64,000 nt of DNA, from NCBI GenBank assembly GCA_002497345.1, contig DANS01000018.1, forward strand, positions 92,247-156,246, in the 5' to 3' direction. Both the position numbers and the translations under genes were made by a program. Under the pieces are notes generated by a model, which worked only from the letters and a program-made list of their open reading frames with translations, searched no databases and was not told the DNA's origin. Positions 54,765 to 64,000 of this stretch are shown here, one piece after another; positions within the stretch are counted from its first letter, which is position 1, and each line of letters begins with the position of its first letter. The DNA comes from Thermoproteus sp. UBA157. GTDB taxonomy: Archaea > Thermoproteota > Thermoprotei > Thermoproteales > Thermoproteaceae.

Positions 54765-56630
54765 CTACTCACAAGGACGTAGGCGCACCAAGCTCGTGTT
54801 TATTCTAGGAGTGCCTCCATAAGGATTCGGCGTGCCGTCCGCCACGGCATTCACGGGCCGGCCCTCGAGATCCTTCGGTATTCCTCTTATTAGTATCACG
54901 CCGCGCGGTACTAGGGGATTCGGCGCAACCCTCACCTTGATCGACGCACTCCCGGCCTCTAGACACGCGATATCCCCAGCGAAGTCCGTCGGGTTGACCT
55001 CAGCTATCGGCTGAGGAGGTCCGTACTCGTCGAAGAACTGAGTATTGGTGTGCATAGGCTCAGACGTGAACGTCAATACATAGCCCTCTATTCTTTCGTA
55101 GTGGGGCAGAGGGCTGAGGCCCCTCCGCTCTGCCGTAGTGCTGTAGAACTCAAGCTTGCCCGTGGGGGTATTGAAGCGGAGCGGATCGCCGCGCCTCAAC
55201 GCTACGACGCCCCTGGCGAGCAGCTCCGACAGCTCGACCCCGGCCGGCCTCAATGCGATCTCCGCAGCTCTCCAGGGGTCCTCCTCGATCAACGGATGTC
55301 CGGAGAGCCCCACGGCCCTTCCGAGCTCCCTGGCGACCCAATGCTCCGGCTTGGCCTCACCTATCGGCTGGACGGCCGCTTTGTTGTAGACGAGCAGGTT
55401 GTGCCAATAGCTGTAGACGATGTCGTCTTTCTCGAGATACGTGGGCGCCGGGAGCAGAAGGTCGGCGCACTCGGCCGTCTCGTTGAGGACTATGTCGTGT
55501 ACGGCCAAGAACAAATCGCCGCGTCGCGCCGCTTCGCAGATCTTGTCCCCCTGCGGCAAGGTCATGACGGGGTTGGAGTTCCAGACGTACATCGCCTCGA
55601 ATTCGTGAATCCTGGCGCCCACTAGGCCCATGGGCACGACCGCCGAGGGCTTCCCCGCGTGGAGGCCTCTCAAGTAGTCGAAGTCGATGCCCCACGCGCC
55701 CGAGTTGGAGTAGAAGAAGCCGAGAGGATCTCCGAGCAACGCGTGTATTAGAGATATCGCCCTGACCGCGTCCCCTCCGTTTAGCGTCCTGCCCAGGGAG
55801 AACCCTATCACGGTCTTGGCGCCTGAGGCGTAGAGCTCGACCAGCTGGAACAAGACCTCCCGGCTGACGCCAGTCTCCCTCTCGACGTAATCGGGCGTGA
55901 ACCTCTCGACATACGCTGCGAATTTATCGAAGCCGTAGGTCCGCTCCTCCACGAAGCGTTTGTCGTAGAGGTCTCGGGAAATCAACTCCCTGGCCACGCC
56001 GAGCGCGAGCACCACGTCCGAGCCCGGCCTCACTATCACGGGCAGATCGACTGCCTTTATGGTCTCCGTGGGCGCCACGTCGACGGCGGCCGTCTTCGCC
56101 TTAGCCCTCTTGACCAACGCCCAGCCGTGTGTGAAGCTGACGACCGCGTTGAGGCCCCAGAACACCACGGCTCTCGCGCCCGCAAGCTCCTCGGGCAACA
56201 TGCCCCACGACCTCCCCCAGTGTAGCTTAAGCGCTGCGTGACCCTCGGCGCTACAAATGGAATAGTCCGTGGAGACGGCGCCCAATGCGTTGAAGGGGCG
56301 GGCCGGGTAGTACCACGTCAGAAGCCCTTGATTTCCGTCGTATTCCACGTGTATGACCCTCCGCGGATCGGCGCGTTTGAGTCTCTCGGCTAACTCCGAT
56401 ATGGCTCTATCCCAGCTTATCTCGACTAGGCCTCCCTCCTTCCTGAGCATGGGCCTCTTTATTCTCCTCGCCGAGTAGAGGCGCTTCACGTCGGCTCTGC
56501 CTCTGGGACACGTGAAGCCCAACGTGGGGAAGACGTCGGCTGGCCTCAGATCTATGAGCTTACCGCTTGACGCGATGGGCTTGAACAAACACGTGTCATA
56601 GCAGTCTCTGGTGCAAGCGATGTAGCCCAC
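54765..56630 (-). CDS. Molybdopterin oxidoreductase family protein
   Basis: CTRDCYDTC...CPRG Fe-S motif, [21 protein letters not shown] and TPTGKLEF. Confidence 0.9.
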   Translation of the reverse strand: MGYIACTRDCYDTCLFKPIASSGKLIDLRPADVFPTLGFTCPRGRADVKRLYSARRIKRPMLRKEGGLVEISWDRAISELAERLKRADPRRVIHVEYDGNQGLLTWYYPARPFNALGAVSTDYSICSAEGHAALKLHWGRSWGMLPEELAGARAVVFWGLNAVVSFTHGWALVKRAKAKTAAVDVAPTETIKAVDLPVIVRPGSDVVLALGVARELISRDLYDKRFVEERTYGFDKFAAYVERFTPDYVERETGVSREVLFQLVELYASGAKTVIGFSLGRTLNGGDAVRAISLIHALLGDPLGFFYSNSGAWGIDFDYLRGLHAGKPSAVVPMGLVGARIHEFEAMYVWNSNPVMTLPQGDKICEAARRGDLFLAVHDIVLNETAECADLLLPAPTYLEKDDIVYSYWHNLLVYNKAAVQPIGEAKPEHWVARELGRAVGLSGHPLIEEDPWRAAEIALRPAGVELSELLARGVVALRRGDPLRFNTPTGKLEFYSTTAERRGLSPLPHYERIEGYVLTFTSEPMHTNTQFFDEYGPPQPIAEVNPTDFAGDIACLEAGSASIKVRVAPNPLVPRGVILIRGIPKDLEGRPVNAVADGTPNPYGGTPRINTSLVRLRPCE

Positions 56631-56665
56631 GCGTGCTCGTTACCTTTATTTAATGCGTAAATATC

Positions 56666-57061
56666 GTGGCCAGGTTGGCCTACTACGAGGGCGCAGTAAG
56701 GGCGCTTGCGTTGATGTCGGGACTGCCCCATCTGGCGAGGATTCCCATATACGTCGTGGCGTCGAGCTCGCGGTCGAGGGCCTACGCCAGAATATGGGGC
56801 CTCTCGGCGCCTTTGCAAGAAGCGCTCGGGGTGGGGCCCGTATATGTCATAGAGCTCCTCAAGCCGTTTTGGCAATTGGGTTGTAGGGAGAAGGCAGAGG
56901 TGCTAGCCCATGAGCTTGCCCACATACCGCGCACGGCCAGCGGCGCTCTGAGGCCCCACAACGCCTTCTTCAAAAAAGATTACGTAATTATTTCCAGAAA
57001 CGCGGAGTCCATCTGCGATTTGATCATGGAGGCGGACCAAAGGGAAAAGCCCTTTCCCTGA
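56666..57061 (+). CDS. Putative metallopeptidase (HExxH)
   Basis: AYARIWG, YVIEL and AHELAHIP...GALRPH motifs. Confidence 0.8.
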   Translation: MARLAYYEGAVRALALMSGLPHLARIPIYVVASSSRSRAYARIWGLSAPLQEALGVGPVYVIELLKPFWQLGCREKAEVLAHELAHIPRTASGALRPHNAFFKKDYVIISRNAESICDLIMEADQREKPFP

Positions 57062-58019
57062 GAATGGCCGCGGCCACATATACGCCGCCTCCGATAAGCA
57101 GAAGGGCCGAGGCCGCCACCAGCGGCGGGTAATTTGTGAGCCTAAGAGCGCTGGCGGTAATGGGCAACAGAGGCAACAAGTTGGGCCACCGGGGCACTTG
57201 CCTTAGAAAAACCGAGGGGACGAACCACGGGATACAGAGGCTGAACATTATCACCGATATGCCCATGTAGAGGAAGTGATCGGCCGATAGCCCCAGGAAG
57301 CCCAAGGGCGCTAGGAGGGGGAGCGATCTGCCTACCGCCGTGCCCCAAGCGTAGGGCTCCTTGGCCAGATAAAAGCCCCTCGTCAACGCGATAAACGAGG
57401 TGAATATCAGCGCGGTCGAGATGGGGGCGGGCAGAGGCGAGCACACCAGGACGAGATAGGCGGCGACGAAGGCAGCCGTCGGAGCTATGCCTATTCTGAG
57501 CCTCCTCTTTGCCGAGTCGACGCGCATCATCAAGCTCATGGCCGAGGCGGCCGGAAAGGCCATGACGATGCGCCACGGAGATGCGGCAAGGGCCAGCGCC
57601 GCGAGGCCCGCCGCCGTTATTAGATTGGGCGGGGCGTTCCTCCCCTTGAAGCCGGGGATATATAGGGCTATGTAGAGGGCAGAGAAGGGGGCCCAAGCGA
57701 GGGGCGCGCGCAGGAGCCAGCCAGCTGCGCCTAGGGCGAAGAGCGCCAGGAGTATATAGCTGAGAGGCCTCCTGGGCATTGCGTTGGTGAAGGCCGGATG
57801 CTGTAGATACATCACCGATAGGTAAAACGATAAAAGCCCCAGCGTCATCAAATCGCCGTGGAGGGATGTCGAGAAGTGCGGCGCGGCGAGCCCCGCCATG
57901 AAGAACGCGAACGAAAGCGCGAGGGCTATCTGCGAGACCCTTATTAAGTCCAAGTTAGCGAGGTAGTACTCCCTTTGGGGCCCCTTGCCTATTCTGTACC
58001 ACAACAACTCATTCTGCAT
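57024..58019 (-). CDS. Multi-pass membrane protein, NnrS-like
   Basis: About ten or more hydrophobic segments with intramembrane His (HGDLMTLG, DHFLYMG). Confidence 0.6.
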   Translation of the reverse strand: MQNELLWYRIGKGPQREYYLANLDLIRVSQIALALSFAFFMAGLAAPHFSTSLHGDLMTLGLLSFYLSVMYLQHPAFTNAMPRRPLSYILLALFALGAAGWLLRAPLAWAPFSALYIALYIPGFKGRNAPPNLITAAGLAALALAASPWRIVMAFPAASAMSLMMRVDSAKRRLRIGIAPTAAFVAAYLVLVCSPLPAPISTALIFTSFIALTRGFYLAKEPYAWGTAVGRSLPLLAPLGFLGLSADHFLYMGISVIMFSLCIPWFVPSVFLRQVPRWPNLLPLLPITASALRLTNYPPLVAASALLLIGGGVYVAAAILRERAFPFGPPP

Positions 58020-58071
58020 CCGATTAAAATAATTCGACGAGAGGCTTTTTAAGCCCCGCGTCGGAGCTATA

Positions 58072-58278
58072 GTGTACTACATCGCAGATGCTAAATTGAG
58101 GATCGCCGCCGAGAAATACGGCGTGGAGAGGACTATGGCGTGTAGGACGCTATATCAGCTGGTGAAGCTCTACAAAGTGGGCCTCGTCACGGAGGCCGTG
58201 GGGAGCAAGGCCGAGTCCCTGTTATCTGAAATGTGCCCGAAAGAGCTAGTGGACGTGGTCGCCCAGACCACCGATTAG
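58072..58278 (+). CDS. Hypothetical protein, 68 aa
   Basis: GTG about 25 nt after TTTTAAG; fills the gap and ends tail-to-tail with the acyl-CoA dehydrogenase. Confidence 0.6.
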   Translation: MYYIADAKLRIAAEKYGVERTMACRTLYQLVKLYKVGLVTEAVGSKAESLLSEMCPKELVDVVAQTTD

Positions 58279-59420
58279 CCGAACCTCTTCTCCAAGAGCT
58301 TGAACAACACGTACTTCATCACCTCGTTAGTCCCCTCGCCGATTTCTAATATCTTGGCGTCGCGGTAGAACATCTCCGCCTTGCTCTCCTTGCTGTAGCC
58401 GAAGCCGCCCTCCATCTGCACCGCGCGCCTCGTCACGTCGACGGCCAACCGCGCCGTTTGGAGCTTGGCCACGTGCGACATCAGCAAGAAGTCGGGGGAT
58501 CCCGTATCATATAGATATGCGGCGTAATAGGCCAGCGCCCTGGCCGTCTCTATCGCGGCGAGCATCTCGGCGAGCTCGAATTGGGCGTTCTGCATCTCCA
58601 TCAGCTTTTTGCCGAAGAGCTCCCTGTTTTTGGCCCAGCTCAAGGCCTCCTCGAAAGCCCCCCTCGCAATGCCGAGCGCCACCCCCGATATGGCCACCCT
58701 CCCCACGTCGAGCGTGTGCATGATTATTTTCCACCCTCCGTTGACCTCGCCCACAACGTCGTCGTCGCTTGCGCGGCAGTCGTTGAATTTAAGCTCAGCC
58801 GTGCCCGTGCCCCTGACGCCCATGACCTCTATGGGGGCGGCCTCTACGCACTCGCTCCTCGGCAAGAGGAACACGGTTATGGCCTTGTGGCGGGCCTCCC
58901 GCGGCCCGGTCCTGGCCGCGAGCAAGTAGTAGTCGGCGTAGAGGCCGTTGGTTATCCACATCTTGTGGCCGTTTATTACCCACTCACCCCCCTTCTTCTC
59001 GGCCCTCGTCTGTATCGCGGCGGCGTCTGAGCCGCAACAGGGCTCAGAGAGGGCGAAGGCGCCTATCTTCTCGCCGGCGGCGACCTTGGGCAAGACGTCC
59101 TCCTTATGCCTCTTCGACGCGAAGTTGTTCACGGCGTCGGCGAAAAGGATGCCGTAGGCCTCAACCAACAAGCTGAACCCGCCGCTGATCCTGCCGAGCT
59201 CTTCGAGGACGACGACGGCCGACCTCAGATCGCCTCCTCCGCCTCCGTACTCCGCCGGTACCGTGGGAGTGAGGATCCCGAGCTTCCCCGCCTCCCTTAT
59301 GGTCTCGCGGGGGTAGTAATTCTCCCTGTCCATCTTGCGCGCTATCGGCTCGACGTATTTCTCCGCGAATTCCCTCGCAGTTTTTCTCACGAGCTCGTGT
59401 TCTTGAGTCAAAAGGCTCAT
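58275..59420 (-). CDS. Acyl-CoA dehydrogenase
   Basis: ALSEPCCGSD, GHKMWITNG, R.LFGK, GGFGY and YRDAKILEIGEGTNE motifs. Confidence 0.95.
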   Translation of the reverse strand: MSLLTQEHELVRKTAREFAEKYVEPIARKMDRENYYPRETIREAGKLGILTPTVPAEYGGGGGDLRSAVVVLEELGRISGGFSLLVEAYGILFADAVNNFASKRHKEDVLPKVAAGEKIGAFALSEPCCGSDAAAIQTRAEKKGGEWVINGHKMWITNGLYADYYLLAARTGPREARHKAITVFLLPRSECVEAAPIEVMGVRGTGTAELKFNDCRASDDDVVGEVNGGWKIIMHTLDVGRVAISGVALGIARGAFEEALSWAKNRELFGKKLMEMQNAQFELAEMLAAIETARALAYYAAYLYDTGSPDFLLMSHVAKLQTARLAVDVTRRAVQMEGGFGYSKESKAEMFYRDAKILEIGEGTNEVMKYVLFKLLEKRFG

Positions 59421-59848
59421 GCCTCCTCGAAGTACTCGATGTCCGTCACCAGCCCCCTCCTCTCGTCGCGCCACTTGGGCCTTACCCTCATCCCTATCCT
59501 CGGCTTATCTGCCTTCACGTAGTGGATGAGCCCGCCCTCCACTCCGGGGAACTTTATGAAGGCGAGCACCCTCTTCTCCTTCAACGGTTCGCCGTTGAAA
59601 TCCCTCTCTATGACCGTGTAGCTCTCCACGACGCCGACTGGCGCTATCTCCCTCAGCTCCTTCACCTCCTCAAAGTCGTAGGGGCAGTACATCTTCGGCG
59701 GCAGGAAGAGCCGGCCGCACTTGGGGCAGTAGGCCGCCATCAGCTTCCCGGCCTTGAGGGCCTCCAGCCACTTGGTCCCCACGGGGCCCGCCGTGTACAC
59801 ATACGCCTCTATCTCCATCACCTCTGGGAAGTACTTGACGCGCCTCAT
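59417..59848 (-). CDS. DUF35 zinc-ribbon/OB-fold protein
   Basis: CPKCG..FLPP..YCP, G.VESYT and IGMRV motifs. Confidence 0.9.
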   Translation of the reverse strand: MRRVKYFPEVMEIEAYVYTAGPVGTKWLEALKAGKLMAAYCPKCGRLFLPPKMYCPYDFEEVKELREIAPVGVVESYTVIERDFNGEPLKEKRVLAFIKFPGVEGGLIHYVKADKPRIGMRVRPKWRDERRGLVTDIEYFEEA

Positions 59849-60384
59849 GGCCTCACAACCTCGAAGCACTCTATGTCCGTTATCGACCCAGTTCTCTGCT
59901 CAGGCGGCTTCCACCTGGCCTTCACCTTGGCCCCGAATATCCTCATGGACTTGACGTCCTCCTCGGCGGCGCCGCATATGTAGTGCATGAGGCCCGGGAA
60001 GAAGTGGTCGTCGAACTGGCGGCCCGGCACGTCCAGCTTTATGACGCCGACCGCCACGGGCCTCTCGAGCCTCGCCCTAGTGGCCGATATGTAGCTCATC
60101 ACGGCCGTCACCACAACCCCCTCATCCCTTACCTCCAGCCACCCGTCGACCTCCCTAAAGCAATAGGAGCAATACATACGCGGCGGCACGAAGACCCTCC
60201 CGCACTTGCTGCAGTAAGTGCCCAGTATCTTTCCCTCCTTCAGCCCCGCCAAGAAGCGGCCCAGCGCCTCCCCCGTCGTGTAATTATAACGCGCCTTGCC
60301 CACCACGGGGAACTCGAACACCGGGAAGTCGGCGCGCTCGTACTTGGTGCCTCTCGGGTTTAGGGGTTTAGTGACGCCGCTCAT
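59845..60384 (-). CDS. DUF35 zinc-ribbon/OB-fold protein
   Basis: CSKCG.VFVPPR.YC..C and RTGSITDI motifs; ATGA overlaps at both ends. Confidence 0.9.
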   Translation of the reverse strand: MSGVTKPLNPRGTKYERADFPVFEFPVVGKARYNYTTGEALGRFLAGLKEGKILGTYCSKCGRVFVPPRMYCSYCFREVDGWLEVRDEGVVVTAVMSYISATRARLERPVAVGVIKLDVPGRQFDDHFFPGLMHYICGAAEEDVKSMRIFGAKVKARWKPPEQRTGSITDIECFEVVRP

Positions 60385-61568
60385 ATCCCCATTACAATGA
60401 CCGTTCCTGCTTGCATGAGGTCCCCCCACGCTTGCGCTAATCCCGTGTACACCGGCTTCTTCACTTGCCTAGCCCCCGCCTCGCCTCTCAGCTGCCAGAA
60501 TATCTCGGCTACCTTCATCAGCCCCGCCGCGGCGATGGGGTTGCCGACGCCGAGAAGGCCGCCGGAGGGGTTGATGGGGAGGTCGCCGTCTCTCTGCGTC
60601 ACGCCCTCTCTGGTCAACACGGGCGCTTCGCACTTCCTCGCAAGACCCAGCCCCTCCATGTGGTGTAGCTCCTTGTAGTCGAAGGGGTCGTAGGGCTCCG
60701 CTACATCTATCTGCTTCCGCGGGTTGTCTATGCCCGCCATGCGGTACGCCATCTCCGCCGCGCGCCGCACGTATTCCGGAAAGGCCAAGTCGCGGTTGGT
60801 CCAGTGCGTTGTGTCTAAGGTCCAGCCGATGCCCTTGATCCACACGGGGGTGTCCGTTATCCTCCTCGCCTCCTCCTCGCTTGCGAGCACCACCGCCGCT
60901 GCCCCGTCGCTGGTGGGGGATATGTCGTAGAGCTGGACCGGCCACACCAGAACCTCGCTCTTTAACACGTCGTCCACGGTTATGTTGGGCATGCAGAGCT
61001 GGGCCGAGGGGTGGCCGCATGCGTTGCGCTTGTTCTTGACCGAGACGAGGGCGATGTCCTCCTTCTTCACGTTGCACTTGTACATGTAGCGGTGCATCTC
61101 CATTGCGAATATCCATATGAGGTTAGGGTTCAAGGGCTTCTCGACTATGGGGTCCCAGATGTAGCGGAAGACGTATTGCGGATGCGGCTTTGCGGCATGG
61201 CTCATCTTCTCCTCGGCCACCGCGAGAACCCTCTTGCACAGTCCAGAGGCCACGTGCCACCAAGCGGCTATGGGCACGAAGACGCCCGTGGCTCCTCCTA
61301 CGAACACCCTCACGGTCGGCTTGTGGATGCCGCCAGCGCCCTCCGCCAAGTACTCGCCCTTCATGTGGACCCCGTCGAACGTGTCCGGGGCGCTGCCTAT
61401 CACGACGCAGTCGATGTCCTTAAGCGTGAGGCCCGCCTCGTCCAGGGCTTGCCTCGCGGCCAGCCAAGCGAGCTCCTGCGGCGTTTCCTGCAGCCTGCTT
61501 CTGAACAAGGTCAGCCCGGCTCCGACGACCGCGACGCGGTGCTTGAAATTGAGGTTGCGGCTTGTCAT
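60381..61568 (-). CDS. Thiolase-superfamily (SCP2/Ltp2-like) protein
   Basis: VSVKNKRNA, SPTSDGAAAVV, AEPYDPF and INPSGGLLGVGNP motifs. Confidence 0.88.
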   Translation of the reverse strand: MTSRNLNFKHRVAVVGAGLTLFRSRLQETPQELAWLAARQALDEAGLTLKDIDCVVIGSAPDTFDGVHMKGEYLAEGAGGIHKPTVRVFVGGATGVFVPIAAWWHVASGLCKRVLAVAEEKMSHAAKPHPQYVFRYIWDPIVEKPLNPNLIWIFAMEMHRYMYKCNVKKEDIALVSVKNKRNACGHPSAQLCMPNITVDDVLKSEVLVWPVQLYDISPTSDGAAAVVLASEEEARRITDTPVWIKGIGWTLDTTHWTNRDLAFPEYVRRAAEMAYRMAGIDNPRKQIDVAEPYDPFDYKELHHMEGLGLARKCEAPVLTREGVTQRDGDLPINPSGGLLGVGNPIAAAGLMKVAEIFWQLRGEAGARQVKKPVYTGLAQAWGDLMQAGTVIVMGI

Positions 61569-62707
61569 GTCCTCAACACGACCACGACGCTTGTAGTGGT
61601 CGGCACACCCCTCCAGCTGTGGATCACGGCCACCTCGCGCCTATCTACTTGGGCCTTTATATCGCCCCTCATGACGGCCACGGCGTAGCTCAAACGCGCC
61701 AGCCCGTGGACCTCGAAGGGGACCCCCTCCGCGAGGGCCCCTCCGCTTAAGTTAACGGGGAGCCTCCCTCCCGGGCAGAAGGCGCCATCGGCCATTAGGT
61801 CCTTGGCGGCGCCCACGGGGGCCAGCCTAAGGGCTTCTACGTGTTGAAGCTCCTTGAAGCTGTAGCGGTTGTCCACCTCGGCGAACCCAACCTCCTTGGC
61901 GGGATCCGTTATCTTGGCTTGCGCATATGCGCCGTCGGCCGCCTCCCTGGCGTGGACCGGGAACGACCAATCGTGGAGCTCCAGGGACGAGATCTCAGTG
62001 GACCACCAAGCCCCGTCGACCCACACGGGCGCGTCGGTGTAGTCGCGTATTACCCTATCTGAGGCCAGAACGACGACGACAGCCGCATCCACGAACTTGG
62101 CGATATCCGCGTCGCGCAAAGGATCGGCCACCACCGGGGACGAGGACCTAGACCTCCCCGGCGACGCGTAGACGGCCCTGGGGTTCTTGGCGCCTGCCCT
62201 ATGGGCCTTCTCCACGACGGCCTCGAGGTGCTCCTCGGTCACGCCGTATTTGTGCATGTAGGCCCTCGCCTCCAGCGCGGCCAGCGCGTGGGCGTTCCCG
62301 ATGTCCAGGGGCCTGATCGAGATGGGATCGGTGGCGAAGAGCATCACGTCGTTGAGGGTGATTATATCGCTGGGCTTCGCGTGGGATTCCACCACCACTA
62401 CGTCGAAGAGGCCCGACTTGATCATCATGTAGGCCTGGCCGACGCATTGAAGCCCATCGCCCGCTACCGTGTAGACCGACTTCATCGCGCCGCCGACGGG
62501 ATCCGGGGCGAACTCGTCCGAGATGGCTATGCCCTCCCAGAAGTCCTCTTGGCACGACACGAAGGCGTCGACGTCTTTACGCGGGTCGAGCCCGCCGGCG
62601 TCCTCGTAAGCCCTCTGAGCGGCCTTGAACATCATCTCGCGGAAGGAGTAGTCGACAACCTCGGGCTGGAACCCGAACCAGCCCACGCCTGCTATTCCTA
62701 CCCTCAT
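61565..62707 (-). CDS. Thiolase-superfamily protein (divergent paralog)
   Basis: ARAYMHKYG, DAAVVVVLAS, FAEVD and PVNLSGGALAEG.P motifs. Confidence 0.85.
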   Translation of the reverse strand: MRVGIAGVGWFGFQPEVVDYSFREMMFKAAQRAYEDAGGLDPRKDVDAFVSCQEDFWEGIAISDEFAPDPVGGAMKSVYTVAGDGLQCVGQAYMMIKSGLFDVVVVESHAKPSDIITLNDVMLFATDPISIRPLDIGNAHALAALEARAYMHKYGVTEEHLEAVVEKAHRAGAKNPRAVYASPGRSRSSSPVVADPLRDADIAKFVDAAVVVVLASDRVIRDYTDAPVWVDGAWWSTEISSLELHDWSFPVHAREAADGAYAQAKITDPAKEVGFAEVDNRYSFKELQHVEALRLAPVGAAKDLMADGAFCPGGRLPVNLSGGALAEGVPFEVHGLARLSYAVAVMRGDIKAQVDRREVAVIHSWRGVPTTTSVVVVLRT

Positions 62708-62867
62708 TAGATATAAAGAAAATAGGTTTTTTTAACAATTGAGTGCGTTAATAAGTGGTTACACATATTCTCCATTTCAGCACGATATTGATGGAGTACA
62801 TCCACTGAGGCGGAGCGTCGGGCTACGTACGATGCGGATTCCAGCTGGTCGTAGTTCGGCGTGTGAC

Positions 62868-63740
62868 TTATAGCGTCTCCAACGTCCTCAAGATCCTATC
62901 CACCACCTCGGCCACAGAGCTGTATTTGCCTCTCACCAACGCATAATGGTGGCTCGTCCAATATTCGCCGACGGCGCTGATTACTTGCGGCAGGGTCTCG
63001 GCGAACTGCGCCTTTAGGCTTCTGTCGAAATATCAGACGGCCGTCTCCTTTGGCGCAGCCCATATGGCTCTGAGGTCCAAGACGGCCTTCAGAACGTCGT
63101 GATCGATCTTCCTCCGCCTCACGGGCTCGACGATCTTATGCTTCGCCTTTTCGGCCAGCTGCCACGCCAAGGCGGAGATCCTAAAGCCGCCGTATTCCTC
63201 CACCGGCGGCTTGAGTTCTATCGAAACGCCGACCCTCAAGTAATCCACCCTCGGCGTATCTACGCCCAGGGTTTCGACGGATGCCCGTTTGATCTCCGCG
63301 ATGACGTCGTAGCTGACATCTACGCCCAGACGCCTTAGGTAGCTCCACAGAGGAGCGCCCGACCGCCTAGTCAACACCGGCACTCTCAACGGCAACAAAT
63401 AGGGGAGGACGTCCTTCTCGACGTCATGTTCGAAGAGCCCGAAGTAGACGTAGTATCTTGACGGCCTTCGCGTAGCCCGCCTCAAGCAAGCCGGCGTTTA
63501 TCCCGGCGATTTGTCTCAACACAGATAGCTTATCCGTCGGCTCTGGCGGCGAGGTATCTACGTCGAATGTGAACCTAGGGGGCCGGCATCTCCATACGTC
63601 AAGATATCAGCATAACACTGCTCCACCGTGCAGACGTAGCCTCCGTAGCTCGGCGAATATTCCACCTCGCGTTTATCGATATCCTCGACGTAGACGTCGG
63701 CCGCGAGCTTCCCCCTTAACCTAACGTCGGCTACGATCAT
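62868..63740 (-). pseudogene. Fragmented AbiEi/AbiEii-like (type IV toxin-antitoxin) remnant
   Basis: Successive frames give TVEQCYADIL (AbiEi C-terminal-like), PRFTFDVD (nucleotidyltransferase RxSxDxD-like) and QLAEK...KAVLDL. An in-frame TGA at 63033-63035 is followed by 54 more sense codons. Confidence 0.55.
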
Positions 63741-63854
63741 CGTTTTATCGATTCCCGCCGCTTTCTTAAGCTACGGTATCACATAATAAAAAGCGACGGC
63801 CATGGACATGTTATTGCCTCTATTTTATAGTTGAGGCCAAGCCCTGCTGCTCGA

Positions 63855-63998
63855 TCACAGAGCTCTTTTTATCTCCTCTATGGCCTCCGGATTTTCGAGC
63901 GCCGATAAGTCGCCCGGGTTGCGTCCCAAATACACTGCCCTTATCACTCTCCTCATAATTTTGGCGTTGCGGGTCTTCGGCAACATCTTGACGAATTT
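63855..63998 (-). CDS. 3' end of an AMP-forming acyl/acetyl-CoA synthetase (partial)
   Basis: Own translation: [47 protein letters not shown]. Confidence 0.88.
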   Translation of the reverse strand, partial: KFVKMLPKTRNAKIMRRVIRAVYLGRNPGDLSALENPEAIEEIKRAL

Positions 63999-64000
63999 TA

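Noticed and set aside
62787-62835. C/D box sRNA-like pattern TTGATGG...CTGA
   Set aside because: The C box is imperfect, the guide too short, there is no clear terminal D box, and it overlaps the probable tail of the pseudogene.
63033-63035. Selenocysteine or programmed readthrough at the in-frame TGA
   Set aside because: The same locus also carries frameshifts and an apparent deletion, there is no redox-motif context, and Sec is not established in this lineage. Decay is the simpler explanation.
1-64000. CRISPR array, tRNA, rRNA, IS element or integrase
   Set aside because: By eye I found no regularly spaced direct repeats, T-loop/cloverleaf signature, or transposase/recombinase motifs. Small guide RNAs could be missed without covariance searches.

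Overview
Core-chromosome segment of a hyperthermophilic crenarchaeon, most likely Thermoproteaceae (Thermoproteus/Pyrobaculum-like). The basis is the moderately GC-rich DNA, many TATA-proximal, probably leaderless GTG/TTG starts, a Pyrobaculum-type DsrC, and archaeal information-processing genes. About 65 CDS: tRNA modification (MtaB-type, ThiI, Pus10, TrmY-like); a sulfur-relay locus (tusA-sqr-DUF1641 / dsrE, dsrC); a large nitrogen-assimilation cluster (asnA, three split glutamate-synthase genes, glnA, GATase, two-subunit NAD synthetase, lysJ); SRP54, glmS, rpoE'/spt4; ribosomal proteins; TFS-PCNA-PriS-GINS; and a thiolase-like/DUF35/acyl-CoA dehydrogenase operon. No tRNA, rRNA, CRISPR array or intact mobile element was seen. 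Most notable: (1) an uncharacterised 8-gene run at 45.1-49.9 kb (Arch-domain-less XPD-like helicase, membrane-anchored HerA/VirB4-like ATPase, wHTH protein, M48 protease, RING-like zinc finger); (2) sharply bounded ~12-16% GC patches inside otherwise ~60% GC reading frames, concentrated in that run and in one glutamate-synthase gene; (3) a palindromic ATTACAT-N6-ATGTAAT motif shared by the tusA/dsrE and DUF981 promoters; (4) a decayed AbiE-like toxin-antitoxin remnant. All family calls come from motif recognition by eye; no database search was run.
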